DNA of 63,722 nucleotides, filler included, from Reclinomonas americana ATCC 50394 (Eukaryota): NCBI GenBank assembly GCA_048213135.1. It is 16 parts of 16 records of this genome, joined end to end, with 100 filler letters (N's around TTAATTAATTAA, not from the genome) between each part and the next. Parts side by side here need not be neighbours in the genome. Positions count along the whole stretch, not along the records: positions 43,806 to 57,633 come from AFZH01017640.1; positions 57,734 to 59,798 come from AFZH01017643.1; positions 59,899 to 62,245 come from AFZH01017645.1; positions 62,346 to 63,722 come from AFZH01017656.1; 12 more parts are not named here. One strand, 5' to 3'. Shown piece by piece: positions 52,809 to 63,722 of this stretch (position 1 is its first letter; each line of letters starts with the position of its first letter). The notes under the pieces were generated by a model. It saw only the letters and a program-made list of their open reading frames with translations, ran no database searches and was not told where the DNA came from. The position numbers and the translations under genes were made by a program.

Positions 52809-55800
52809 TCACAACTTGGCCTTGAGACCCGGCCAGTCGCCCTGCACCAGCTCGAGCACAGCGTCCATTTGCTGCGCACATGCTGCGGTCCAGGCTGCCG
52901 GTCGCCGGAATGTCGCAATGCGCTCCGTGTACCGCATCAGTGCCTCACCGGCGCCCGCATACTCCGGCGTCAGTTTGACCACCTTGGCCGTGCCAATGGT
53001 ACGCGCATGCAAGAAGCCGACATCTTGCTGGAACATGGCCACATTGGCCAAGGTGTCCTGCGACAGGCATTCCAGGTACTGGCACACATCCTGCACGAGG
53101 GCCAGTCAGTACGTTAGCCGAAAGAGCGGAAGAAAGCACACACGAGTGCGTGCACCACACGAAACTTGATAGTACAGCGTCTCCACCACCGACTGCATCT
53201 GACTGACCAGCAGTTTCTCCTGCACATCAGTGACCCGTGATAAGCAAGCATACCCACACACGTATCCGTCGCGCACACAATCACCAACACGCACCGTTGT
53301 CATTCGACGCGGCAGTAGAGAGAAGAGTGTCACAAAGCCACACCAGTAGGCCTCCACAAAAGGCCACAGTGAGCCGCACAAAAACGAGTACAGGGGTCGC
53401 TCGCGCACACCCTGGCTGAAGCGCACACTCTCCATCATCTGCTGCAGGATACCCTCCGAGATCAGGCTGTTCAGCGACTCGCGCAAGGCCTGCTCAAATT
53501 CCACTGCCGGCTTGTAAGAAAACTCGAGCTTCAGCAGCTGACTGAGGAACTTGGCCTCGGGGATCAGCTCCGAGAGCGACACCCACTCGGTAAACGTCTG
53601 GTCGCGGTGGTCAGTCAACCAAGAATATCTCTGTCACTCATGGCATCAAACCACGCGGTACCTGATGCTTCTGCGCCAGTGCAGTCATCGCCACGGCCAC
53701 GACGGCATCTTGCACAAAGAGATGCACAATCTGCGGGGGTCGGCGAGCATAGCAGTCACTGTTAGCGTCACCACCACTGTCACAAGAAAACCTCGCTCTG
53801 CAAAAGCCACACACCTGATTGCGATAGAAACTCAACTCCAGGCTGCGCGCACGGGTCGTCGTGAGCACATACAACACTTTGCACACCACCGACTACCCCG
53901 ACGCACCTCTCTCGCGGCAGGGCAAGTGGAACAATCCACTTTTTCTTGCGACTCTCCTTCACAAACAACTGCGCCACGCAGCGTCCGTCAGTCACACCCG
54001 TACGCATCGGTGACTCTGATCGAGACTCACATTCTTCAGCTTTGTCAGTGTACGCTCCACCACCACCGAGCTGCTGACGTCAAAGGCCGCCACGGCACCG
54101 CCGCGCTTCGAGATCTCTCGCGATAGCCAGTCGTACTGTTGGACGAGTTGCTCCACACCGATTGCGCGTCCTGTCACCGAAGCGTGCCAGTCAGCCACCA
54201 GCATCGTCATCGGCCTCCCCACACACACACACACACAAACACATACACACCGGGGTACGCCAGAATAATGGCCGCCACAATCGCGGCAGGCATGGCCACA
54301 CGCGACCGATTCAAATCGTAAATCACACGATAACCGAGGGAGGTGACGAGCTTGCGGCGCGCGTCTTCGTCACCCAGCGGATCGAGACCGCGGTCCACTT
54401 TGAACGCAGACACGTACTCGCGCATGGAGAACGGCTCACTGAAGCGCAGGTGGATGGAGCCGAGGTTCAGACGCAGCATGTCGGGGGCGCCAGTGATCAC
54501 AGCCAGCAGCGACTCTGCATCGAGCAGCGCCGGTCAGGAATCCCACACCCGACGCCGCATGCGCACACACGTAGACACACACCTGGCTTCTTCGCAGCGC
54601 CGAGCAGTTCGTTGGAGAATGTCTCTCCCTCCAACACCCTGCACGCTACCGAGGTGAGGGGGTGATGGGAAAACACATAACAGCAGCACAGCGCCGAGTG
54701 TCCGCAACTTCTCATACTGAATGTTGACGGGGCACAGCCACAGGTCCTTGATTTCGTCGTGCAGCAGCGCATCCACCATGTTTCCCATCATTCCCAGCCG
54801 CGGTCGCAACACCTTGCCGCTGCGTGATCTACCCTCCGAAAACACACAAACGAGATGTCACGCACACTGCTGTCGTCATTGTGTGCACTGCCCCGACGTC
54901 GACGCACCTGGTGCCTTCGATGAAGAACTCGCACACGTGTCCGTCGCGCACAACCGACGTGACGTACTCGGCAAAACAGGCCTTGTACAGTGGATCGGAG
55001 CCGAATGAGCGGCGCAAGAAGAAGGCATTCGAGTGGCGGAATAGCTTGCCGAGCAGCGGCATGTTCATGTTCTCTGCCACACACAATGTGAGACACAACA
55101 GTGCATTGTGTGTCTCCACCATCGACAGTACCTCCAGCTGCAATGAATGGCGCCTCCAGCTCCTCATGTGCCATAATATACGACATCACCATGTAGTCAA
55201 TGTGACTCGTCTGACGCAGCATCTCATCAGTTGCGCTCACGAGGCAAAAGCAGACGACAGTCGACGCAACGTGATTCGGCAGCAGCACCAACGATCCAGA
55301 GCGCTTGCGCACCAACTCGGTGTGCACAGCCCGGACGCGCTCCAGACTCTGCATGTCAATGTGGATCTGTGTGCGCAGCACAGACGATTGTCAGTCGTCG
55401 GCAACTTCTCGTCGTCGCGCAGAACCCTGCTGCAGACAGTAACCTGATTGCCAAACATGTGACGGAAGATCTTGCGCAAGCCGTAGCCAAACAGCTTGAT
55501 GGCGCCATCACGCGGATCGGCCGCCAGTGCAAACGTCATTTGTCGGGCTCTGGGAATTTGGGTGACAAACTGATGCAATGTGCATGCATGCATGCATGCA
55601 ACACACACACACACACACACACAATCAATCAATCACAGGTGTGCCGCACCTGGCCTCCACCTGATCACGCGGCAGACTCTGTTCGCGGGACACCTGATCA
55701 ATCACGCGCTGCACGGGCGCCGATTGCACGACCAAGTCCGTGGCCTCTTGTCTCGTGCGTGAGATGTTTGTGCGGACCGGGTTGCTGAGTGGGAGAGTGG

Positions 55801-55958
55801 CGCAAGTGAGGGGGAGTGAGCGAGGGAGAGAGAGCGGAAGGAGTGCCGACATGTCGCAACTTGTACGTCTCCATGACCCAGTGCAGATCATAGCATAGGC
55901 GCTCGAAGATGCCAGCCGGGCTCAGCCAGCTCGACTGCGGCGTGAGCTTGTTCGTCAT
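52809..55958 (-). CDS. GNPAT: Peroxisomal dihydroxyacetone-phosphate acyltransferase (GPAT/DHAPAT family)
   Basis: Catalytic HxxxxD (PNHTSHID), AFFLRRSF, FFIEGTRSRSGK, PVNIQYEKVLEG; C-terminal -AKL peroxisomal PTS1 signal. Confidence 0.88.
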
Positions 55959-56000
55959 GTGCGATTCGTTGAAGGCGAGCAGTCTGCATTTTTTTCATTG

Positions 56001-57616
56001 TCACCGTCTGCGTTTTTGTGGCGGTGATTCATCGCGGTCTCTCCTGTCTCGATCGCGCTCTCGATCGCGATCGCGGTCTCCATCGTAGTCACGCCGACTG
56101 CTGCTGCCCGACGTGCTCGATCGTCTCCTGTCGCTGCCCCGATCTCGATCACGGTCCCGGTCCCGATCTCGGTCGCGGTCTCGATCCCGATCTCGATCCC
56201 TATCTCGATCACGGCGGTCACGATCGCCATCCCGCTCTCGATCTCGGTCGCGGTCGCCCTCCCGTCGTTTGTACCACTTCTCCCTCTCGCGATCGCTGAT
56301 CGGCGACGGCGACCGAGATCGCGATCGTTTCCGAGACTTCCTCTCCTCACCATCCACAGCCATCGACGGCCGCCTGTCTCTGCTCCCAGTCTCCTCGGTT
56401 GCACCATTTGCACGCGCCGACTCGCGTGCCGCTTGTCGCAGCTCTTCTATCTTGTCGCTTTCTTGCTGCGTCTGCGTAGCGTTCGTCTCATGAGGGTGAG
56501 AGAGAGAGAGAGTGGGCAAACGCGTGCTGACTGACAGACAAACCTCGAGTGGGTGCTGCGCGCGGTACAACTCCAGCTGCTCCTTGTGTCGGCGCACCAG
56601 ATCGGCGTTCAGCAAATCGCCTGCCGACGCCGTGCTCATGGAGGTCGGGATGCCAACTCGATTTGGATCGGCATCGGCCAGCGTGCACGGCGCCGACGGT
56701 GTTGTCGTGTTGGATGAGGTCGGTGCAGCAGCCGTGTGTAGCCGCGGTGTCGCAGATGGTATCGACTGGGGCGTGTATCCGGCCACGCGGCCAGGTGTGT
56801 TCAACTGCACATCAAAGCACAATGAGACGCTGCTCACCAATCCTCCTCTTCTACGGACGCAACTGTGGCGTCGGTGCGCGGCAGCTCCACAAATCTGGGC
56901 GACTGCATTTCGTACAACTCGAGAATGTCTCCACACACCGTCTCCAGCTCTGCACACGGCATCGGTCAGTCGACGCACACACACTGTGTGGCACTCGACG
57001 TCCACTCACGTTCACGACTGACGGCAAACAGCTCCCACCACGGCGGACTCTCTGGCAACGGATGGGCGTGCTTTCGTGCCGCCAAGAAAATCGCCGCCGT
57101 GGCAATCACATGCGGTCTGAAACGAACACACAGATTCGTGCGCAGCGAGTCATTGACATAGTTCCACGCCGTCTGCGCTAGTGGCGAGTTCCGCGCACAG
57201 TCCAGCACACCGAGATACGCATAAATGTATTTGTGCGCATGCTCCACCGACACGACAAAACCGAGTTCCTTCAGAATGAATCGCTCGTACTTGACAACCG
57301 CATTGCGATAGGCGTAGTACACCTGCCCCGACATACACACAGACGCATTGAGCAAGTGCGCACACGGGGGACGACGATGCAGACGCACTTCTGAGGCGTA
57401 CGGTAATACGGAGGGCGGCACATTGCCTGCATGCATCTCCAGCAAGTGATGATACACATTCACGACATCGCGCAGCAACTTTTGCTGCTCTTCGCACTTG
57501 GCCGCCAGGTAAATGCACGCGATTGCAATGTCCTTTGTGTGTGTGCGTGTGCGAGAAGCAGAGTGAGTGAGTGAGTGAGGGAGAGACTGACGACAGCGAT
57601 GACGATTGTGCCTCAC
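56001..57616 (-). CDS. CCNL1: Cyclin L-like protein with an RS/RD-rich tail (5' end in the gap)
   Basis: ACIYLAAKCEE..LRDVVNVY, ERFILKELGF..HAHK, QTAWNYVNDSLRT..LPESPPWW; C-terminal RSRSRSPSP and (RD)n. Confidence 0.9.
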
Positions 57617-57799
57617 CTGCGCGCGATACTTTCNNNNNNNNNNNNNNNNNNNNNNNNNNNNNNNNNNNNNNNNNNNNTTAATTAATTAANNNNNNNNNNN
57701 NNNNNNNNNNNNNNNNNNNNNNNNNNNNNNNNNGCACGCACGCGTGTGTCAGTACACAGTGCGCAGCACACTCCAACATCCGCATCCACCGCACGAAAC

Positions 57800-59790
57800 C
57801 TGATTAATAAGATCCTGCTTGGCCTGGCTCGTGTCGGCAATCTGCTGCTCCAGTCTGTAGGCCTCTCGTTCGAGTTCCTGTCACACGCACGCGCACACAC
57901 AGCAGCATAAGCACCACGCGGTGTTCTCCTGGTCTTCCGCGCCACACATACACATACACACCTCCAGTCGGTTCATCAGCGACTTCTCCAGGTTAAAGTT
58001 GCTCTCCTGCAGGCGCTCCTGCGCGGCGGCATTGCGCGAGATCAACTCGTTGATCTTGGTCATGTCCAAGTGCAGGCGGTTGATGTCGCGATCCAGACGG
58101 CGGCAGTCGTCACGGTGCTCCAGAGTGTGTGCGTCGAGACGGCGCTTCTTCTGTTCCAGCACAGTCTGCTCGCTGCGTGCCACTTGCAGCTCCTCGCTCA
58201 GCGCGTTGGTCTCGTTGACCAGTGACACGAGCTCCGACTGCTGCTTAATCCACTCGCGTTGCAGGTCGTCTGATTCGCGCGTCTTGCTGCTGATGGCCTT
58301 GTTGAGGGCGGAGATGGCAATCTCCAGCGGGCCGGTGTTCTCGGCCTCCTCCACTGAGCCCTTTTGCTTGATAATCTCCTCCATGCGACGATTCAGACGA
58401 TCCAAATCCTTCTGCTTACGCTCAATCGAGTCGTGCTTCTGGCGGATTTCGACTTGGATCTTTTCCACCATTCGCTCCTGCAAGCCGACACGCACGATGA
58501 GGCAACAAGCATCAAAGAGATAAAGTGCACGTGTGAGACGAACCTTGTCGCTCAGCTCCACCTCGAGGTCGCGCAGGTCCGCTCGCAAAGCCGTGTTGTG
58601 GCTCTCCGTCGACAAAATGTCCATGCGAATACGCGCCAACTCGTTCTGAATGTCCAGCACCTCCATGTCTGTAGACCAAGAAGAAACATGAGCCGACTGC
58701 GGGGGGAGAAGGACTCTTTTTCTTTCCACGCACCCTTTTCGCGAATCTGATTGTTGAGCTTGGTGATTTGCTGCAGAGTGGACTGCGAGCCCTTCTTCAA
58801 CGTCGTCTCCTCCGACAAAATGTGCAGCACTGAGTCTTCCATCTCGCGAGTGCGGCGCACAACCTTCATGGTCTCCTTCTCCAGCACCTCCATTTGCTGC
58901 TCCATCTTTTTGCGATGCTGTGCGGGGAGAAAAGAGAAAAATCAGTGGGGCCATTCCATCAGACAGCAAGAATTTGTCGGCAACGACAAACCAATGCGGT
59001 GCGCTCGAGCTCCTGCTCGGTGGTCTCCAGGCTCTGCTTGATCATGCGGTACTTGCCCTGCACCTCCTGCGTCTGCTCGCGGTACTGCTGAATGTTGCGT
59101 TCCAGGTACTGGCACTCGTTCACCACCTTCTCGTGCAGGTTGGTGAGCTCGTTGTTGCGCTCGTGCTCACGCTGGGTCTCCTTGGAGAGACCGCGGAGCT
59201 CGTTCTCCAGCGACTGCTCCTCCTCCTTTTGCTTCCTGTGACACACAGAGAAAAGATGGAGCGTCAGGCGTTGAAGCGGAGGACACAAATGCCACATCTC
59301 TCACAACGCAACTTGATGAGATCCTCTGTGACCTTGTAGGCCTCGTCACGGCGCTGCAGACCGATCAGCGAGCTCTTCCACTGCTGCAGCAGCTGGCGCT
59401 TCTCGAATGCAATGGCCTCCATCTCTGCCGTGGCCTATTCGCACACACAAAACACTTGTCGTCAGCCACAACAGGACACCAAACCGCACACCGTTGCCCG
59501 GGGTCACACAAACCTCAGCCAAAGTGCGTGCCGCGACGTCCTTCTCACCACGCTGCGCAGCAAGCTGACTCTCATACAAGCCCATGCGCTCCTGCAGCTG
59601 CTTCAGCTCAGCCTGCAGCGTGTCGATAAGAGTATCCTGTTCACGCTTCTGTCGCTCCAGACTCGACATCTCCTCCTCGGCCTTGTACGTGGCACGACGG
59701 CGCACAGCAATCTCCGACTGCACACGCTCATTGTGCTTCTCCAGCTGCACCAGGTAGGCCGTCAGGCGGTCCAACTCTTCCGTGTATCTG
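57800..59790 (-). CDS. CCDC40: Coiled-coil domain-containing protein 40 (axonemal ruler; partial)
   Basis: HNERVQSEIAVRRRATYKAEEE..QKREQDTLIDTL, QDLDRLN-like segment, GPLEIAISALNK, LQREWIKQQSELV, INELI..LQESNFNLEK match the CCDC40/FAP172 pattern. Confidence 0.85.
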
Positions 59791-59898
59791 TACGCGAANN
59801 NNNNNNNNNNNNNNNNNNNNNNNNNNNNNNNNNNNNNNNNNNTTAATTAATTAANNNNNNNNNNNNNNNNNNNNNNNNNNNNNNNNNNNNNNNNNNNN

Positions 59899-60395
59899 GC
59901 GCAGCGACTACAGCAGTTTCCTCGAAAACGCGGTTGCGAGTGCGCGTCGTCGCCGTAATCTGTGTGTGCGCGAGTGCATTGTGAGTGAACAAGCAAACCA
60001 ACAACCATCAACAACAAACACAATATCATGATTCTCTTCTTCTCTCTTTCTTTCTCTCACTGTTGTTTCTTGCGTGGTCTTTGCACACACAGGTGAGCAG
60101 CATGTGAGACAGAGAGAACACACTGTGCGTGTGTGCGCTCCGGACATGGCCATCCCTCGGAACTTTTCTCTTCCCTGTCTCTCTCACTCTCTCTCACACA
60201 ACTCCCTGTCTCTCTCTACCTCTCTGTGCGGCCTCACTCACTCTCTCTTCGTTGTTGTTGCTCATTCACCTTGGCATGCTCCTGCTCTTCTGCCACTCGC
60301 CGCTGTCGCTCCTCTTCCTCGAGCTGACGACGCCGTCGCTTCTCGCGAATGGCTGTCTCGTCGTAGCTGGAAAAGTCAAACACACCGCCAAACAT
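59899..60395 (-). CDS. Hypothetical protein, 5' exons
   Basis: MFGGVFDFSSYDETAIREKRRRRQLEEEE..EHAK followed by a GT donor; continues toward the gap. Confidence 0.4.
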
Positions 60396-60579
60396 GGTGT
60401 GCGTGTGGTGCAAGGGGGAAGTGATATGTGCGGAGAGCTGCGTGTCCCACGACTTCGACCTTGCAAATCTCACCCTATAGGGTACCGGGTAAATGGTGAT
60501 GTGATCTCCGAGGCAGTGATCTTGATCCGCGATCTGGTGATGTGATCTCCGACGTGGTGATGTGATCTCCCGCCCAATT

Positions 60580-62090
60580 TCAGTCGACGTTTTCACTGAC
60601 AACTTCGACGGCGAGGCTTGGATTGTCGCCGTCTTCGCCTGCTCGGGGAATGTCGTCGAGCGTCATGCGTCCGAACCGCAGCTCGCGAAAGCAGCGCAGA
60701 AAGTGCCGACATGCACGTTCTCGTGTCTCCACCAGCGATGTGGTGCCGGCGGGACCGCTGCCCCATTTCATCTTTCGACAGATGGCTGGGTACCGGCAGT
60801 CCGGAGGGTGTGTCAGTGGCTGAGTCGGGCAAGAGAGGCAAAGCGACGGACTTACCATCCACCAGGTCATCGATGGAGTCCACGGGTTGTGGCATGCCAT
60901 ACACCTTCGTGTATTCGAAGCGATGGCGGCGATTCATCGTAAAGAGCAGAAAGTCGGCGAGAACATCGGCTGCAACTGCGTCTGGTCTTACATTGGCTGC
61001 GCGGTGGACGCCTCCCCGAGTCAAGCGCAGCACCGCACGCAGGGAGAGGGCGACAAACAACGCACCACACAGCGCCAGTCGCAGTCCAACAATCGGGTCG
61101 TCCACGCGCGGAACCATGATGCCTGGCGTGTCGACCAGCAGCAGTGGTGGATCGCGAGAGATTCGGATGCCGCTCACTTCTCTTGTCACGCCAGGTAGTG
61201 CGCCTGTTTTCACTCGCGCGCCACCACCGACACTGAATGAATTCGCTGCGCATGTAGTGGGTGAGCCGGCGCCAGAAGACATCAAAACGCGATTGCACGG
61301 TCAGCGCACCTGCTGCAGGACCACTGCTGCTGTTGCCGCCACCGGAACCAGCACGGAGCATGTTGATGAGCGACGACTTGCCCACATTCGGCATGCCCAG
61401 CACCATGATCGACGCCGGCAGCGTACGAAACCTCTTGTACGCCGCCCCCGCACTCTCCATGGCCGTCTCCGCCAATCGCAAAATGTCACTGGCCGCTGCA
61501 ACCAAACGTCAGCGTCACCTGCATCGCTCACCCCACTCACTCCTCACCTTTCCGCTTGGCCCGGATATCAACCGTGGCCTCGGCACTCACAAAATACACG
61601 GGTTGTCGCTTGGCGTGGAAATACTCCGACAGCGACTGCCGTCCACGTGCTCTTGAGCAACAACGAAAGGCAAAGAGGAAGACACTCGCCTCTTCCACCT
61701 GCTCACCGACTGCAAGTTTGGATTGGCCAGATCGGCCTTGGTGAAGACAATCAGTCGCGGTCGTCGCCCACTGATGGCCAGTGCCTCGAGTGCCGGATTC
61801 CGCGAGGAGAATGGGATCTGCAGAGTGCCTTGTGTGAGAGAGAGGAGAACATAAGGAAGGAGACAGAGACAGTGTGTCTATGCAACTCGTGCATCGCGGA
61901 CTTCAATCAGCAAGTGCACGTGGCGCAGTCGTTGCTCAATGGCGCGCGTTGCACTGACCATGTGTCCCGGAAACCAATTGACCGCGCCTGTGTGAGAGAC
62001 GTTATGCACAAGTGCATGTGTGCACGTGTGTGTCTCTCTCACTCACGTACCATCAAAGGCAAACGCAGTGCGGAACTGCTGCGCAAGCAT
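60580..62090 (-). CDS. MTG1: Mitochondrial ribosome-associated GTPase (RbgA/YlqF family)
   Basis: NWFPGHM, IEVRDARIPFSSRNP, VFTKADL, VLGMPNVGKSSLIN, GALPGVTR, LVDTPGIM, FLRCFRELRFGRMTLD. Confidence 0.92.
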
Positions 62091-62148
62091 TGAGATGAAG
62101 AAGAGTCGGTCGGTCGGACGCGCAGGACTTTGTGTGTGCGTGTGTGTG

Positions 62149-62190
<42 letters not shown>

Positions 62191-62634
62191 TAGTAGTACG
62201 TACGAGACGTACTAGTAGTCGTCGTCGTCGTCGTCGTCGTCGTCGNNNNNNNNNNNNNNNNNNNNNNNNNNNNNNNNNNNNNNNNNNNNTTAATTAATTA
62301 ANNNNNNNNNNNNNNNNNNNNNNNNNNNNNNNNNNNNNNNNNNNNGCAATTGCAACAGGCACACGTGCTGCAGCAAGCGCATCATGAATGGCCTTGCGCG
62401 TGGGTTGCTCTTGATCGGACCCGGCCGATCCAGATTCGACCGTAGACTCTGCCTCGCAACACTCCGTGGCCATCGCTCGCATGAGTGAGGAGGCGATAGC
62501 GTGTCTCGCACACGCTCGACTGGAGCACTCGAGAGAAAGCAGCACCTGCGCAGCAGAAGCACATGCGCGTTCCACTGCGAGACACGAGACAGTGAGTGCA
62601 TCATTCATCTCATCTCTGCAGTTAACATGTTGCG

Positions 62635-63722
62635 CTAGCTCGTACCTCGCTTTGCTGCCAGAGTGACATCGTCGCCTTTTTGTGGTGCCACCACCGCAGC
62701 TGCTGGCGCTTCGACCACACCAGCGCCATGGCCAGCTGCGCTACTGGCTGCGCTATCACCGTCGTCAGCGGCACCCTCCTCCTTCTCCTCCTCCTCCGGA
62801 TCCTCCTCCTTCTCCTCCTCCTCCTCCTCCTCATAGGCCTCCTCCTCCTCCTCCATTGCGTCGTCGTCGCCGGCCGCGCCACTGCCGCTGTCGTCATCGC
62901 CGTCGCATTCCATGTGCGATCGAGATTCAGAGGCCGAGGGTGAAGGTGATCTTGGTGCATCCGATTCACAATCGACATCCATGTCGCGACAGGTACCGCG
63001 ACTGCCAGCACTCATGGCATGCGCACCCGCTTCTGTCACCAAAGGTGCTGCCGCAACGAGATTTTGGATCACAAGCCAGTCGAATTGTTCCACGATCCGT
63101 TCCACAGGCACATCGTCGACGGCGGCGGCAGCTTCAACCGTCATGATGAAGCATGTGGCAGCCTCCTTCAATTGAGTCTCCAGCGCGTTCGCCACGATGC
63201 CGGCGATGTTGGCAATCGCATCCACGGCCGACACTGTAGTGGATGCTTGTTTTCCCTTCTCCTGGTGATTAAGCTTGGGAGCGTCGTCACGTACGGGCAA
63301 CCGTTGAACAACAGATCGCACCACATCGACGAGAGAGGGGCACAATCGGTGTCGCAGCTTGTGGATTCTCGCCAGCTGATCACATTCAGCGACGTACAGC
63401 CGGCCATCTCCGACAACACTCGCATCGATATCTAGATCTGCGCAAGGTGAGGAGGTTTTCAGAACGACTGTCGACTGCCAGCTAACATGCGTACGCGTGT
63501 TCACGCACCATCTCGGTCGGTCTCCTCGTCACTGATGTCGGCCTCAAGATCCGCCTGCAGGTCATCTTGATCTTGTTCCTCCACCAAAGCCGTCGCATCG
63601 GCCGCCATTGTCTCTGCCTTGTCAGACTTTGGAACCAGCTCGTCGCGATTGTCTTCTGATGCCGAATCGTCGTCGTCGTCGTCGTCGGCGTCGTCGTCGG
63701 TGGATGAGGCATTGCCAGTCGC
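62635..63722 (-). CDS. Hypothetical acidic protein (partial, multi-exon)
   Basis: Long open frame 62635-63504 with D/E tracts and coding-like composition; upstream exon runs off the window. Confidence 0.5.

Overview
Intron-rich nuclear DNA of a flagellated, mitochondriate eukaryote, probably a protist (it has CFAP221, CCDC40, PAM18 and MTG1; I cannot identify the organism). The window is a gapped draft scaffold with about 15 artificial N-TTAATTAATTAA-N linkers. Several genes continue in the correct exon order across those gaps, so contig order looks real. Genes are densely packed. Most introns are 45-110 nt GT-AG, and some are expanded by GA/CT microsatellites and minisatellites. Recognisable genes, reconstructed by manual splicing: coiled-coil/RLK-Pelle-like kinase/RING, SmD1, Dsc3-like, CFAP221, PDK1, a decayed non-LTR retrotransposon endonuclease, ankyrin/coiled-coil/HEPN/kinase, MAP3K-like kinase/STAND NTPase/SAM, a PCM1-like coiled-coil protein, PAM18, Hippo/MST with SARAH domain, CutA, a 3-repeat Myb/SANT protein, GNPAT, cyclin L, CCDC40 and MTG1. 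Top observations: (1) an ankyrin + HEPN ribonuclease + kinase fusion using the same kinds of modules as RNase L, lying near an NLR-like kinase-STAND-SAM gene (candidate protist immune locus); (2) about 20 introns use a register-shifted GTTGCG/GTTGAG 5' splice site; (3) tandem microexons; (4) PCM1-like and full Hippo-like proteins. All domain calls come from motifs recognised by eye; no database search was run.
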